A stretch of DNA of 64,000 bases from a virus, in IMG/VR virus record IMGVR_UViG_3300032299_001015, positions 20,402-84,401 of that record; one strand, 5' to 3'. The translations under genes and the position numbers were made by a program. Positions within the stretch are counted from its first letter, which is position 1; each line of letters begins with the position of its first letter. Of the stretch, positions 41,007 to 51,788 are shown piece after piece. Under the pieces are notes generated by a model. It searched no databases. It saw only the letters and a program-made list of their open reading frames with translations, and was not told the origin of the DNA.

Positions 41007-43708
41007 ACTGTTAAATCACCTATAGCAACCCAAGTATCTGTTCCACGTTTTATTAACGTAGCAGCAGACCATTGACCAACAAGTTTTGTCGCACCTCCGC
41101 TAGAGTTTAGGGTGACACCAGAAACATATGATGCTGTTACTTGTCCTGCACCAGTCTGAAGTATATCAATTTTAGTTCCTGTTGGAAATGCTTGAGTTGA
41201 ATTAAGTGGAATAACTAATGTTATTGGGCTAGCGTTATTTAATTCAACCAAGTCTCCAGCATCACTTAATACTAATGAATAAGATGTTCCAGACTGAGCA
41301 TTAGTAATAATATTCATTGCAGTAGTTATAGAGATCTGACCATTTTGTAAATCGGTTAGTGTAGCGCTTGCCGCACCAGTTACAATTCCTGTTAAATTAA
41401 TTCCAATAATAGGATCGGGTTTATTTGTAACTCCATCCCAATTAATACTAGAGGCACTTGTTGAAAAACTAGTATTTGTTACAATAGATATTTGTCCATT
41501 TGCTAAGTCAGTAAGCGTTGCTGAAGCAGCGCCAGTAGTATTTCCAGTAAGTGAAACCCCTATTACTGGATCTGGTATATCTGTGACTCTGCTCCAATTT
41601 ATAGAAGATGCAGTATTAGCATTTCCTAAAAGAGCGCCTGTAAATGTTTGAGCAGATGCATTACCACTTATAATTGCTGATCCAATTACATGCAGTTCAG
41701 TAACGGGACTAAAAGTACCTATACCAACCCTTTTACTGCTAGTAAGATTTAATACTGGAGTTGGACTTCCTACTGAATCTCCTGTATAAAAAGACATATT
41801 AGATGGAATACCACTAGCAGAACTATTTGCAACTGATTCTACAGTTATATATGAAGAATTTTTTACTACTCCATTAATGTCAGGTCCTTGGAAAATAATT
41901 GTTCCAAGATCCATTCCAATTAGGGCTGCAGATGCACCAGGAGATTTAGAAAATATTAAATACCCTGAATTATCTAAAGCATTAGTATTTCTAATAACAA
42001 GTTGTGGGCTAAATTCAGTTGCCTGAGATAAAATTAAATTACCGCTTAATGTTCCTAAACTTGTTAAACTTGAGTTAACAATAGATGAGGGAAGAGTTGT
42101 TCCTGTAATTAATGAAGAATTAATGGATGATGCTGTGTTAGCATGATTAGCCGTACTTCCAATAGACATATATAATGTAGAGGCAGTGGTTCTAGTTAGA
42201 TATGCCTGAGATGCAGATACAGGAATATATCCAGAAACTATTGCAGCAGATGATGTGACTCTAATATATGCTGATGCTGCATCTGATTGTTTAAGATATG
42301 TAGCGCTTGCTCCAGCGGCATTTTGATAGTATAATCCATGTTGACCATCAAGCATATCTGCGTTAAAGTTAGTGACGGTTACACTTGAAGAAACTTCTAA
42401 TGCTGCTATCTGTAGTACCCCAAATTCTACAGATGGATCTGAATAGTTAATAGTATTATTGACTGCTGCTGGCCCTTTTGAAAGAAGTTTCCATTTATTT
42501 TGTGAAGCATCTCTTGCAAAAGATGTATGATAATGATTTGCAGAAGATGTTGTACCATCGCCATAAGATCCAACTATACCAATATCTACAGCATCTGTTG
42601 TATATTGTTCATGTGCCAGTTGAATAAGTGAGTCTGTAAGTGCTAAGTTTGTTGAAGTAATTGTTGTAGCACTTCCTGTAATAACTAAGTTATTAATATT
42701 AACGGTTCCATGGAACGTTGTTGTTCCCGTTCTTTCTTGGGTTGCACTAGAAGTATTAAGAAAATATGATGCATGTTGACCATCAAGTAAATCGGCATCT
42801 ATTCCTGATCCCGCTCCGTCAACCTCTGTAATAGCCGTTGCAAGATTTTGATTAAACCATACACTAGATGACGCATTGTATGAAATAATGTCATTGTTTG
42901 TAACACTATTTATTAAAACGTCATGTAGTTCACCTAACTCATAACCGTTCTGAACATTAACAAAAAGTTGACCATTTCCAGCATTTGCTCTTTCTACAAC
43001 ACCAATAAAAACTGTATGTTTTGGAGCAGAAGGTTTAACGCTAGTAAATTTACCAGCAGAAGCAGATAACCATAAAGTATCTCCAGGTGAATATGCACTT
43101 AAGTTAAGTTTATCGACAACGCCAAATATAGTAACAAAACCTTGACCTCCTGTTGTTATTGCCTCTGCTACCACCCCTAAACTTTTAGCAGATGTGGAAT
43201 CTGATGTGTTAATTGCTTTTTTAACAGATGCTCTATCTCCTGACGCTCCAAATAAATAAACAACATCACCTTTAACAAGAGGGGAACCTTCAGCATTTGT
43301 TACATATGCATGAACATGCTGTCCGATATGAGCAGTAATGTTACCGCCGATTAAACCAATTTCGGGAGTTCCAAAAGAAGAATTCCATTGGAATCTACCT
43401 ACGCCTAGAGGTACTGTTCCAGAAAGATCAAGGTCTATACCGCCAATAGAAAATATTCCAGAAGCACTTCTAGAAACTAATGTGTTAGGTATATTTAGAG
43501 GAGTTCCAGAGGCTGATCCACCTCCGCGACCGTCACCAACTAGAACCCATGTAGACGCTGAAGACCATGCATATAGGCTACTTGCACTAATCCATAGTTG
43601 TCCAATAAAAGGATTTGATGGTGATGAGGAGGAATAGTTAACAAGGTTAGTAGAATCGCCAACAATAAGGCCGTTCTTAACTTTAAAGTCTTTATCAATG
43701 CTAGCCAA
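41003..43708 (-). CDS. tail fibre protein
   Basis: DKDFKVKNGL start; GSGIDADLLDGQHASY fibre motifs; C-terminal GQWSAATLIKRGTDTWVAIGDL. Confidence 0.8.
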   Translation of the reverse strand: MASIDKDFKVKNGLIVGDSTNLVNYSSSSPSNPFIGQLWISASSLYAWSSASTWVLVGDGRGGGSASGTPLNIPNTLVSRSASGIFSIGGIDLDLSGTVPLGVGRFQWNSSFGTPEIGLIGGNITAHIGQHVHAYVTNAEGSPLVKGDVVYLFGASGDRASVKKAINTSDSTSAKSLGVVAEAITTGGQGFVTIFGVVDKLNLSAYSPGDTLWLSASAGKFTSVKPSAPKHTVFIGVVERANAGNGQLFVNVQNGYELGELHDVLINSVTNNDIISYNASSSVWFNQNLATAITEVDGAGSGIDADLLDGQHASYFLNTSSATQERTGTTTFHGTVNINNLVITGSATTITSTNLALTDSLIQLAHEQYTTDAVDIGIVGSYGDGTTSSANHYHTSFARDASQNKWKLLSKGPAAVNNTINYSDPSVEFGVLQIAALEVSSSVTVTNFNADMLDGQHGLYYQNAAGASATYLKQSDAASAYIRVTSSAAIVSGYIPVSASQAYLTRTTASTLYMSIGSTANHANTASSINSSLITGTTLPSSIVNSSLTSLGTLSGNLILSQATEFSPQLVIRNTNALDNSGYLIFSKSPGASAALIGMDLGTIIFQGPDINGVVKNSSYITVESVANSSASGIPSNMSFYTGDSVGSPTPVLNLTSSKRVGIGTFSPVTELHVIGSAIISGNASAQTFTGALLGNANTASSINWSRVTDIPDPVIGVSLTGNTTGAASATLTDLANGQISIVTNTSFSTSASSINWDGVTNKPDPIIGINLTGIVTGAASATLTDLQNGQISITTAMNIITNAQSGTSYSLVLSDAGDLVELNNASPITLVIPLNSTQAFPTGTKIDILQTGAGQVTASYVSGVTLNSSGGATKLVGQWSAATLIKRGTDTWVAIGDLTV

Positions 43709-43733
43709 GGTTCCCTATCCCCTCGTTTTATTA

Positions 43734-45422
43734 TTATGCATCTATTGCAGTACGGACTGCCTTAATTATAATATTTGTAGATGCAGCATCTGGAGATGAA
43801 CCCGTTAATGATACTGTTCCGCCAGATTCGGTAGCGCTAAATGTTAGATTGGCAGCACCTGTTGCAGCATCCATTATTGAGTATTCTGATAGTGAAACAT
43901 CTGTTCCATCCCACATAACAAGAATCTTTTCTACTGTCATTTTTGTACCCTGCTTTGCTCTTATCGTATATTCAGCGGTGGTGAATGAAGAGACAGCAAA
44001 AGTATCAATTGTTGTTGGGGTACTATTTGCTGTTATTGTGGCGGAAGAAGAAGTAATTCTGCCTTCTGGTAGGTCTACACCAGCAAATGTAGGAGTTGAT
44101 GTAGTAGCAATATTTTGTGGAAGGCTAAGTACAACAGATGCACTTTCTACACCAGATCCTGCGACCAAAATTTGGCTTGGCGTGCCATATATGCCATCAA
44201 CATAGTTGCCTGTGGTATCTGTTCCAAGAGCAATAGAATTTGCAGCAATAGTAAGAGCAATACTTGCACTATCAAGATTGGATACAGTTCCTGTACCAGT
44301 AACATCACCTGTAAAAACAAGATTAAAATCTTTTTCTACAGTTGCAGTCAGTGTACCAGAACCTAGATCTGTTAACGTTACATTGCCTGAAAGGTCTCCA
44401 CCTAGAGTTATTGTTGGACTTGGCTTGCTAAGAATATCTGCCCATTCGACATTGGCATCAATCGTTCCTTTAGTTCCACTAAAAACTTCAGATGAATTAG
44501 TAGCATCTGGAATAAAGGTAAACTTGCCACTAGAATCGTCAAAACCAAAGAATCCAACTTTTGCAGAAGTTCCATTATGGTATCTAAATTCAATGCCGCG
44601 ATCTTTATTGTCATCTAAAGTTGGAGCGGTATCTCCACCAAGAGTAAAGATTGGATCATCAATAGTAACTACTGTTGAATTAATAACTACTGTAGATCCT
44701 GAAATAACAAGATTTTCACCAACAGTTAGTGATCCCGCAATAGTTACATTATCTGGAAGACCAATTTGAATATTTCCAGTTGAGGCTGATACAGTAATTT
44801 CATTAGCCGTTCCAGAAACAGATTGAACTCCAGACATTCCAAGAAGTTCAAGTACTGAGTAACCACCTAGATATTGTGAGTTAAGGTTATTAACCTGTAC
44901 AGATGATGAAACTACTAGTGGTGCGCCTGTAAGAGCAGTTGAAGTAATGGTATTGAAGGATACATTTGCTGAAGTGGCTACGTCCTGACCAATTGATATT
45001 GCTGATACAGCACCTTCTCCTGCTGAAGAAGATACAGAAACACCTGTTCCTGCAGAAATTCCAGCAATATAGTTTCCAGTTGTATCTGTACCTAATGCAA
45101 TAGAATTTCCTGCAATTGTAGTAGCAATAGAAATTTGACCATTTCCAAGATTTGTAAGTGTGGCACTAGCAGCACCAGTAATGTCTCCAGTTAATTCAAC
45201 ACCAATTACTGGATCAGGGACATTAGTAATATTATTGAAATCTAGGTAGTAAGAACCATGATTACCGTCTAAAAGATCGGCAGAAAGGTTGCCAACGTTT
45301 GCAGAAGATGTAACAGTAAACGGTGGAAGTGAAGATGTAGTGGATACAATCTGGACGCCTTGAACATTAGCGCCAGCCACCACACCATTCTTAACAACAA
45401 AGTCTTTATTTACAGTAGCCAT
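43734..45422 (-). CDS. fibre / virion structural protein
   Basis: NKDFVVKNG start (as in neighbour); ADLLDG; two IALGTDTTGNY repeats; DDNKDRGIEF. Confidence 0.75.
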   Translation of the reverse strand: MATVNKDFVVKNGVVAGANVQGVQIVSTTSSLPPFTVTSSANVGNLSADLLDGNHGSYYLDFNNITNVPDPVIGVELTGDITGAASATLTNLGNGQISIATTIAGNSIALGTDTTGNYIAGISAGTGVSVSSSAGEGAVSAISIGQDVATSANVSFNTITSTALTGAPLVVSSSVQVNNLNSQYLGGYSVLELLGMSGVQSVSGTANEITVSASTGNIQIGLPDNVTIAGSLTVGENLVISGSTVVINSTVVTIDDPIFTLGGDTAPTLDDNKDRGIEFRYHNGTSAKVGFFGFDDSSGKFTFIPDATNSSEVFSGTKGTIDANVEWADILSKPSPTITLGGDLSGNVTLTDLGSGTLTATVEKDFNLVFTGDVTGTGTVSNLDSASIALTIAANSIALGTDTTGNYVDGIYGTPSQILVAGSGVESASVVLSLPQNIATTSTPTFAGVDLPEGRITSSSATITANSTPTTIDTFAVSSFTTAEYTIRAKQGTKMTVEKILVMWDGTDVSLSEYSIMDAATGAANLTFSATESGGTVSLTGSSPDAASTNIIIKAVRTAIDA

Positions 45423-45461
45423 ACGAACCTCACAAAAGATGAATTTAATAAAATTATATCA

Positions 45462-45938
45462 TTATAAGTTTATTATTGTTCTGAAAAATTTGACAACTGC
45501 GGAAGAAGTATCTCCATCCGATATCAAGCATGACAATAGTGTATTGGGACCAGAAATATCAGCAGAGAGAACATAAGCAATGCTTCCACCCATCTCCACC
45601 TTGCCGTATTCTGATATCCCCGCATTTGTACCATCATGCAGAACAGTAGATTTTACATTTGTATACTTAGCCCCTTGGCTAATTTGTATATTATACTCTG
45701 CACTTCTATAGGCACTGGCAGAAAAAGAGTCTATTGTGGTTGAAAGATTAGTATTGATATTAATTACGGCAGAAGAATGAGATGTTTGACCAAACTTAAC
45801 TCCACCAAAAATAGGAGAATCAGTAGTCTTAACCCCTTGGTCCAAATAACCATCATGAACCGACAACGTATCTCTAAGATCATTGTGATCTTGTAAATGT
45901 CCAGATTGTCCATGGTCCCTAATGGGAGGGATAGCCAT
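45462..45938 (-). CDS. virion structural protein (related to C-terminal domain of 43734..45422)
   Basis: TIDSFSASAYRSAEYNIQ..HDGT..SEY vs TIDTFAVSSFTTAEYTIR..WDGT..SEY. Confidence 0.65.
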   Translation of the reverse strand: MAIPPIRDHGQSGHLQDHNDLRDTLSVHDGYLDQGVKTTDSPIFGGVKFGQTSHSSAVININTNLSTTIDSFSASAYRSAEYNIQISQGAKYTNVKSTVLHDGTNAGISEYGKVEMGGSIAYVLSADISGPNTLLSCLISDGDTSSAVVKFFRTIINL

Positions 45939-45982
45939 AAAAACTCCTCATATTTATTTATTTAATATTAACATAAAAACGA

Positions 45983-48900
45983 TCAGTACATGGGGAACGA
46001 TTCATTAAGCCACCGTTCAATTCTTTCTCTGTCTTTTATAGAATTGATACCTTCATATAGAACCACTGCTGAAATATCTCCTCTAAGTTGTCTTCCTATA
46101 AATAATCTATTTATACTTACAGAACCACTATTTGCTGATCCAGCAAAATTTCCATTAATAAATACTGACGCGCTTGTTCCATTATTTAATATCGAAAATA
46201 GTTTAAATTTGTTATCTGACAAAGAATACCTTTGGGGGCTTCCATACGATACAAAATAACTAGCACTATTAGAATAAAGTATTGATGCAGTGGTTGATTG
46301 TATTAGTATAGAATTTCCAAAATTTCTTGCAACTACATATAAAGAATTACTATTTATTGAAGATGCAGATGACTGAACAAATGTTGTAGTTCCATTAAAT
46401 TTTATTGTGGGAAAGTCGTTTAAACTTAGTGGCTTAATCCATTGTGAGATATAAGATCCTGATGTTACTGGGTATAACCCTAAATTATCCCATGATACAT
46501 AATCTCTTGAGTCATTAGACCCGTTATAAAATCTTACTATTGATCTAGTAGTAGATGAAGCAGTAGTAAATATAGCGGAAAGAGAGTATATTCCTTTTGA
46601 ATTATTAGATGCTATAGATGATGCAGAAAATACTTCAGTACCTCCGCGTTCTTCAAATATAATTATTTTTCTTGCATTAATATTAAGGCTAGATGCAGTT
46701 TGAGGTTTATCTAATTTTATAGAACCTATTACAGTATAACTTTGACTAGAAAATGTGCCTATTGAAGCAGTATTAAATGTTAAATCTATATATGAATTGT
46801 TAGATAAATTATTTGGTGTAACCTTTAACCCTTTATTACCGTTTATGGCAGAAGATACAGAAGATTCTACTGTTGAGTTTATAGGTATTATAAAATTCAA
46901 TGAATCTGTATCTGATCCATTTAACTGATTACTTGTAAAAAGATTCAAGGACTGCGATCTATATATTGGTGATAAAGAACTAGTAGTTTGTGTAGCATGA
47001 AAATTATTTCCTGATAAATCTTGCCATATTAATACCCTTGAATCATCTTCTGGTAGAGCAGCATTTAAACCATTAATAAATCTTGCATCCAACCACAACT
47101 TTAATCCATTAATAACTCTTGGGTCTAAAGGCTTAGACATAATATTTTCAGAAAAGTCAGATATTGTTCTATTCATGCTAATACCAGAATTATCAGTCAT
47201 AAAAATTGTTGGAGTATATCTTATTTCAGGAAGAAATACGGTTGATGATGTTGGATAAAGTTTATAGTCTGGACCAGCATCGTCTCTCATTGATAAATAT
47301 TGTTCAGTTGACTTAAATGTCTGCATTTGGAAGTATTTAATTTTAGGTGGATAGTTAATGCAATCTTCTGAGTACACTTCAAAGTCAAACTTAAGATACG
47401 AGTCTGAAAGGTTTTTATTGTTTATAAATGATAAATAATTTTCATGAGAGAGTAAGGTTTTTGGATAAATGACGCTTCCGCTATAAGATAAATGTGTTAC
47501 ATAAAAGTATACCTGTGAAGCAGAATTAATATCTGGGTAACCAACCTTTATTACATTAGCAAAAAGTTTCTGCTCACTGTCTGAGATATACTCCGAAAAA
47601 TTAATAGAATGAATATTAAAACTACCGTACCCGTATGATGAAACTTTAAATCTATTTTTTTCAGAGTCGTAGACGAATCTATATCTATCTTTTCTATATG
47701 AATTTAAATGTTGAAATGTTGATGAGGCGGAAAAATCTTTTTGAACAACTAAAAACTCTTCAAACGATCCATTGAATTGACTAACGTCATAAACGCTGTC
47801 AGTAAAACTGAATTCATTATAGTTTAATGAACTTCCTATTCTTAAAGATATATCGGCGGACGGGGGAAAGTATGGTGTCAGAGGGTCTATACCATACCCG
47901 CCCGAACTAACATAATTAAAAGATGCGGATTGAATAGATTGATTTTCTTGTGCAAAAAATACTGTAGTGTTTCCAGAAAACTTCATACCAATATAAAATG
48001 ACGGGCTTGAACTTATATTAGATACAGGAAAAGAAATAGAAGATGAGCCAGGTACATTGGCTACAACCCTATAAGTGTTTTGATCATTATATAAATCAAA
48101 GTTAATTATCTCATTCTCAGGAAACTTTCCATAGGACACTAATCTTTGAGATAGGTATGGGAATGGAAGTTGTCCATTGAGTTTAAATTTAACAAAAAAA
48201 GGATATTCTCCTCCGCCAATTTTGTTATATAGTTTGTCAATTTCTATATATGAAGCCTGAGTAGCACTGCTAGATCGATAAAATGAAATTCTTCCTGATG
48301 CAGTGTTTATATTGTTATCAAATGAATATAGTTTCGGATTAGAGTATTGTGCTGATTTTATTCCGTCATTTTCTAGAGAAAGGTCAAGTAGTTCTGTTAA
48401 TTTCCACTCGTTTTTATAATCCCAGTTAATATCAATAATTTTTTCAGTCGGTAATGTAGATAAGTTATACAGGTTGCCACCTCTTGTATAAAATACATCA
48501 TCAGTGACTGTCTTACCTAATCCATAAACATAATGTCTTTTGGCAACAGAAGTATTGATTGCGTTTGGATAAAATGCAATAGAATCTACCACCCAAGATT
48601 TTTGCGGAGGACCATAAAAATCAATGTAGTCATTTGCGGTATGCTGTAGGTCTATATCCAATGCAGGGATATTATCAAACGTATTAAACTGTGCGCCATT
48701 TATTGTAAGAGATAGACCAGAGAATGTTTTAGAAACTACAATATGTGTTGGCTCGGATAAGTCTACTACATCAGCAGATACTTCTGCGTAACTAGCAGTT
48801 GTGCCGTACCTAAATATTAAATAATTGTCTTTAATAAATAAACCTATATTTTTATAGTTGCGTTTTTTAAATATAGGATATTCTGTTGGAAATAAATTAT

Positions 48901-49198
48901 TTGACTGGAACCATAAAGATATAGATGAATCTTTACTAGAATAAAGTTCTGAGAATTTTCCAAGGGCTGGAATAGATAGTCCCACGGCGGAACTTGAAAG
49001 GCTTAATGCTAGACCTCCGCCAAAAACTATGGGGTTATTCATAACATCTGTATTAGAAATATTTATAGAAGCACTATATGAATTCTGGTTGCTATTAAAA
49101 AAATTTATAGGCTTAGATATTGATGAGGAGTTGGTAATATCATCTAAAGGCCAAACAATTTCTGCAGAGTCTCGTAAAATAAGTTTACTGTAAGACAC
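45983..49198 (-). CDS. LamG / concanavalin-A-like domain virion protein
   Basis: WPLDD..SISLWF..HIVV; LKLWLDA..WQDLSGN..GDISAVVLY. Confidence 0.75.
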   Translation of the reverse strand: MSYSKLILRDSAEIVWPLDDITNSSSISKPINFFNSNQNSYSASINISNTDVMNNPIVFGGGLALSLSSSAVGLSIPALGKFSELYSSKDSSISLWFQSNNLFPTEYPIFKKRNYKNIGLFIKDNYLIFRYGTTASYAEVSADVVDLSEPTHIVVSKTFSGLSLTINGAQFNTFDNIPALDIDLQHTANDYIDFYGPPQKSWVVDSIAFYPNAINTSVAKRHYVYGLGKTVTDDVFYTRGGNLYNLSTLPTEKIIDINWDYKNEWKLTELLDLSLENDGIKSAQYSNPKLYSFDNNINTASGRISFYRSSSATQASYIEIDKLYNKIGGGEYPFFVKFKLNGQLPFPYLSQRLVSYGKFPENEIINFDLYNDQNTYRVVANVPGSSSISFPVSNISSSPSFYIGMKFSGNTTVFFAQENQSIQSASFNYVSSGGYGIDPLTPYFPPSADISLRIGSSLNYNEFSFTDSVYDVSQFNGSFEEFLVVQKDFSASSTFQHLNSYRKDRYRFVYDSEKNRFKVSSYGYGSFNIHSINFSEYISDSEQKLFANVIKVGYPDINSASQVYFYVTHLSYSGSVIYPKTLLSHENYLSFINNKNLSDSYLKFDFEVYSEDCINYPPKIKYFQMQTFKSTEQYLSMRDDAGPDYKLYPTSSTVFLPEIRYTPTIFMTDNSGISMNRTISDFSENIMSKPLDPRVINGLKLWLDARFINGLNAALPEDDSRVLIWQDLSGNNFHATQTTSSLSPIYRSQSLNLFTSNQLNGSDTDSLNFIIPINSTVESSVSSAINGNKGLKVTPNNLSNNSYIDLTFNTASIGTFSSQSYTVIGSIKLDKPQTASSLNINARKIIIFEERGGTEVFSASSIASNNSKGIYSLSAIFTTASSTTRSIVRFYNGSNDSRDYVSWDNLGLYPVTSGSYISQWIKPLSLNDFPTIKFNGTTTFVQSSASSINSNSLYVVARNFGNSILIQSTTASILYSNSASYFVSYGSPQRYSLSDNKFKLFSILNNGTSASVFINGNFAGSANSGSVSINRLFIGRQLRGDISAVVLYEGINSIKDRERIERWLNESFPMY

Positions 49199-49208
49199 TT
49201 ACCCTCCA

Positions 49209-51143
49209 CTATGCCGAATTAATATCTACCGTTTCACAATACCCTGCGGCACAGGCTAAGTCCTGGCTCCCAGTAGTACCATCTGATGATTCATAGTAAC
49301 TCAGCCATGCCCAGTCAATATTATTCGGAGTTTTTTCTAATAATTCATTATACTCTACATCGGTTATATCCTGGTATGGGGCCTGCTGATAAGTATGGTC
49401 TGAGTATGGTAAGAATGAGACTCCAGATAATTCATCCATATGTTCATATACCCATGCCCCAACAGCCATCCATTCATTTTCTTTTACAGAAATAGTGATT
49501 GATGGTTTATGCTCTGACCAGTGTCTTTGATACATTAGCCAAAGTTCTAGATGTTGTATAGCAGTAAGATCTTTTCTTGTAAGAGAACCTTTTGGAGCCT
49601 TAATAGGAAATGTAAACACTGTTGTCTCTGAAGGTTTCATTACATCTGGCTCAGAGATAATTCCAAAATCTTTTAGCATAGTGGTAATGGGGTCTTTATT
49701 GTCTCCACGGATAGTACGGGCGTAGAATTCATTGTGCCAAGGATGCATTCCTGATGAGCAGCCGACCAACTGAGATACCGTTCCAGAAGGCTTTACACAG
49801 GTAATAGCAGCGGCAGGATTAATATCTAGTGTCTTTGCCCACTCTGCATTTACTTCAACAGCCTTCTCTCTCATGGCATTAAGCCAGTCAATAAGTTTCG
49901 CCTCTCCTTTACTACCATTAAGAATTTTATGCCCAAGTTGACCAGTTAATGATACTCCAAGCAATCTTTCCTCTTCACAATTTTTTTGCCATTGCTTGCG
50001 TAGATATTTAAATCTTGTGAATGTAGACTGGAATGTTCCAAGAATAGTTGCCACCTCAACTTTTTCTAAAAGGTCTTCTAATGTGTCATCCTCTCTCACA
50101 ACAATTTCTGTAAGATTACAAAATTCAAACGGTTTAAGAATAATTTCGCTGCATGGATTAGTGCCAAATTCTGCTGTTGCATCCCTGCGACCATTTACTG
50201 CTGCTACTTTACGAGCGGCATCTCTAGAAAAAATACCTCTTTCTCCACTCTTAGAGTCATACAATGATTTCCATTCAGCCATGAATACTTCCATGCTTGG
50301 CTTTGATTCATATACGGCAGAGTTATTAGCAAGAGCGCGTTGTCCGTTATATTCCCACCATGAGCCAGACTTAGATGATGCCATATTACGGTCTTCAAGA
50401 TCAGAGAGGGAGATCATCGCAGAGCGTCGAACGCCACCGACAACTACAACTTCTGCAATCTTACACATAATGTCATGAGCCTCTAATGGAGTAAGTTTTC
50501 TTCCAGCAGCACTTTTAACTGTTTCAACGGTGAATTTAAAAAGACGTTCTAAAGGTTCTGGTCCTGATGCTCTTCCACCAAAAGTTTTAAGTCTTGCGCC
50601 TGCGGGACGAACATTAGAAACATCCCATGATGGAACCTGTCCCTGATAAAGAAGAGCGATAAGTTCTCTTAGGGCTTTAGCCCACCCAGCCTTAGAATCA
50701 TCTACAACAATGGATGTTGATGAATTCTCAAAGTGTTCATTGATGACAGGGAGTTGGTTAATGTATTTTGATTCTACTGAATACCCGACACCAGTTCCAC
50801 ACATAAGGATGTACATTGCTTCATCAAACGAGCGAAGTGAATCAACAGGGAGATAGGAGCAATTATATAAACATGTGCTATCTCTTTCTAATGCTGGTCC
50901 AGCGGTCATAAGACCACGCATAGAAGGCATTACGTTAGTATGAAGTATTGATTGCTCTATTCTTTCTTTTACTTCATCTGATACTTGATAATCATTATGT
51001 TTATCAAGAGTTTCGACTATATAGTTTACAAATCTTCTAACAGTTTCATGCCAGTCCTCTCTACGGTTTTCTTCTTCTATCCATCTTGCATATCGTGTTT
51101 TATGGATAACCTGTTGGTAGGCGGTTGGTAATGAAACTGTCAT
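49209..51143 (-). CDS. nrdJ: class II (adenosylcobalamin-dependent) ribonucleotide reductase
   Basis: YNCSY; VVVGGVRRSA; TNPCSEI; CVKPSGTVS; C-terminal CAAGYC; no small subunit. Confidence 0.9.
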   Translation of the reverse strand: MTVSLPTAYQQVIHKTRYARWIEEENRREDWHETVRRFVNYIVETLDKHNDYQVSDEVKERIEQSILHTNVMPSMRGLMTAGPALERDSTCLYNCSYLPVDSLRSFDEAMYILMCGTGVGYSVESKYINQLPVINEHFENSSTSIVVDDSKAGWAKALRELIALLYQGQVPSWDVSNVRPAGARLKTFGGRASGPEPLERLFKFTVETVKSAAGRKLTPLEAHDIMCKIAEVVVVGGVRRSAMISLSDLEDRNMASSKSGSWWEYNGQRALANNSAVYESKPSMEVFMAEWKSLYDSKSGERGIFSRDAARKVAAVNGRRDATAEFGTNPCSEIILKPFEFCNLTEIVVREDDTLEDLLEKVEVATILGTFQSTFTRFKYLRKQWQKNCEEERLLGVSLTGQLGHKILNGSKGEAKLIDWLNAMREKAVEVNAEWAKTLDINPAAAITCVKPSGTVSQLVGCSSGMHPWHNEFYARTIRGDNKDPITTMLKDFGIISEPDVMKPSETTVFTFPIKAPKGSLTRKDLTAIQHLELWLMYQRHWSEHKPSITISVKENEWMAVGAWVYEHMDELSGVSFLPYSDHTYQQAPYQDITDVEYNELLEKTPNNIDWAWLSYYESSDGTTGSQDLACAAGYCETVDINSA

Positions 51144-51168
51144 TTTTACTCCTATTAAAATATAAATT

Positions 51169-51193
51169 GGTCGCCAGCACTAGTATGGCGACC
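51169..51193 (-). promoter_or_regulatory. hairpin in the nrdJ 5' leader
   Basis: GGTCGCCA-N9-TGGCGACC perfect 8-bp stem. Confidence 0.5.
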
Positions 51194-51256
51194 TTAATTA
51201 TTCTACTACGTCTAGCATCTAAAAGATATCATTTTAGTCTGTGATATTATATCGAC

Positions 51257-51469
51257 ATGATTACAATCCAAGAACTTCATGCGTACAAAAAATTATCTGA
51301 ATTGGGTCTAGTTCCATCTTTAGTTTGCCCAGTAGATGTATTTCATACAGAAGTGTTTCCATGGATAGATGAAGAGGACAAAATATGTTTATGGTGCATA
51401 TTTTGTAATGCAAAAGTTTATCTAGGTGAATTTAAAGAAGACTATATTAAAGGGTTACTTCATCGGTAA
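51257..51469 (+). CDS. small zinc-binding protein, probably leaderless
   Basis: CPVD..H..CLWCIFC; TG-A-TATTAT 6 nt before ATG. Confidence 0.65.
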   Translation: MITIQELHAYKKLSELGLVPSLVCPVDVFHTEVFPWIDEEDKICLWCIFCNAKVYLGEFKEDYIKGLLHR

Positions 51470-51788
51470 CAAAAATGTTACCAGTCATTAGTGTTGTAAC
51501 TACACTAGAAGAAGAAATCATTTGAACATCGTATACCCAGTTTTTACTTGCATCTAATAATGTAGAATTTATTGAATTTAATGTAAACAGAACTCTTCCT
51601 GATGATGCAGATGTTATGCTGCTATCGAAACTGGCTGTAGGGGTAGCAGTTCCTTTTTTCTTTACTGCTCCAGAAAAAGTTGTTCCACTAGGAATTAAGT
51701 ATGCGCTACCACTAGTTTGTAATGTAAGTGAAAACCTTAAAGTATCACCTTTATACAATTCAAAAGAGTTATATGCTGGCATTGTCAT
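51447..51788 (-). CDS. BppU-N-like virion protein
   Basis: LYKGDT..YDVQM..TLMTGNIFV. Confidence 0.6.
   Translation of the reverse strand: MTMPAYNSFELYKGDTLRFSLTLQTSGSAYLIPSGTTFSGAVKKKGTATPTASFDSSITSASSGRVLFTLNSINSTLLDASKNWVYDVQMISSSSVVTTLMTGNIFVTDEVTL

Noticed and set aside
49209-51143. Intein or intron in nrdJ
   Set aside because: The 644-aa length and continuous motifs leave no room for an insertion.
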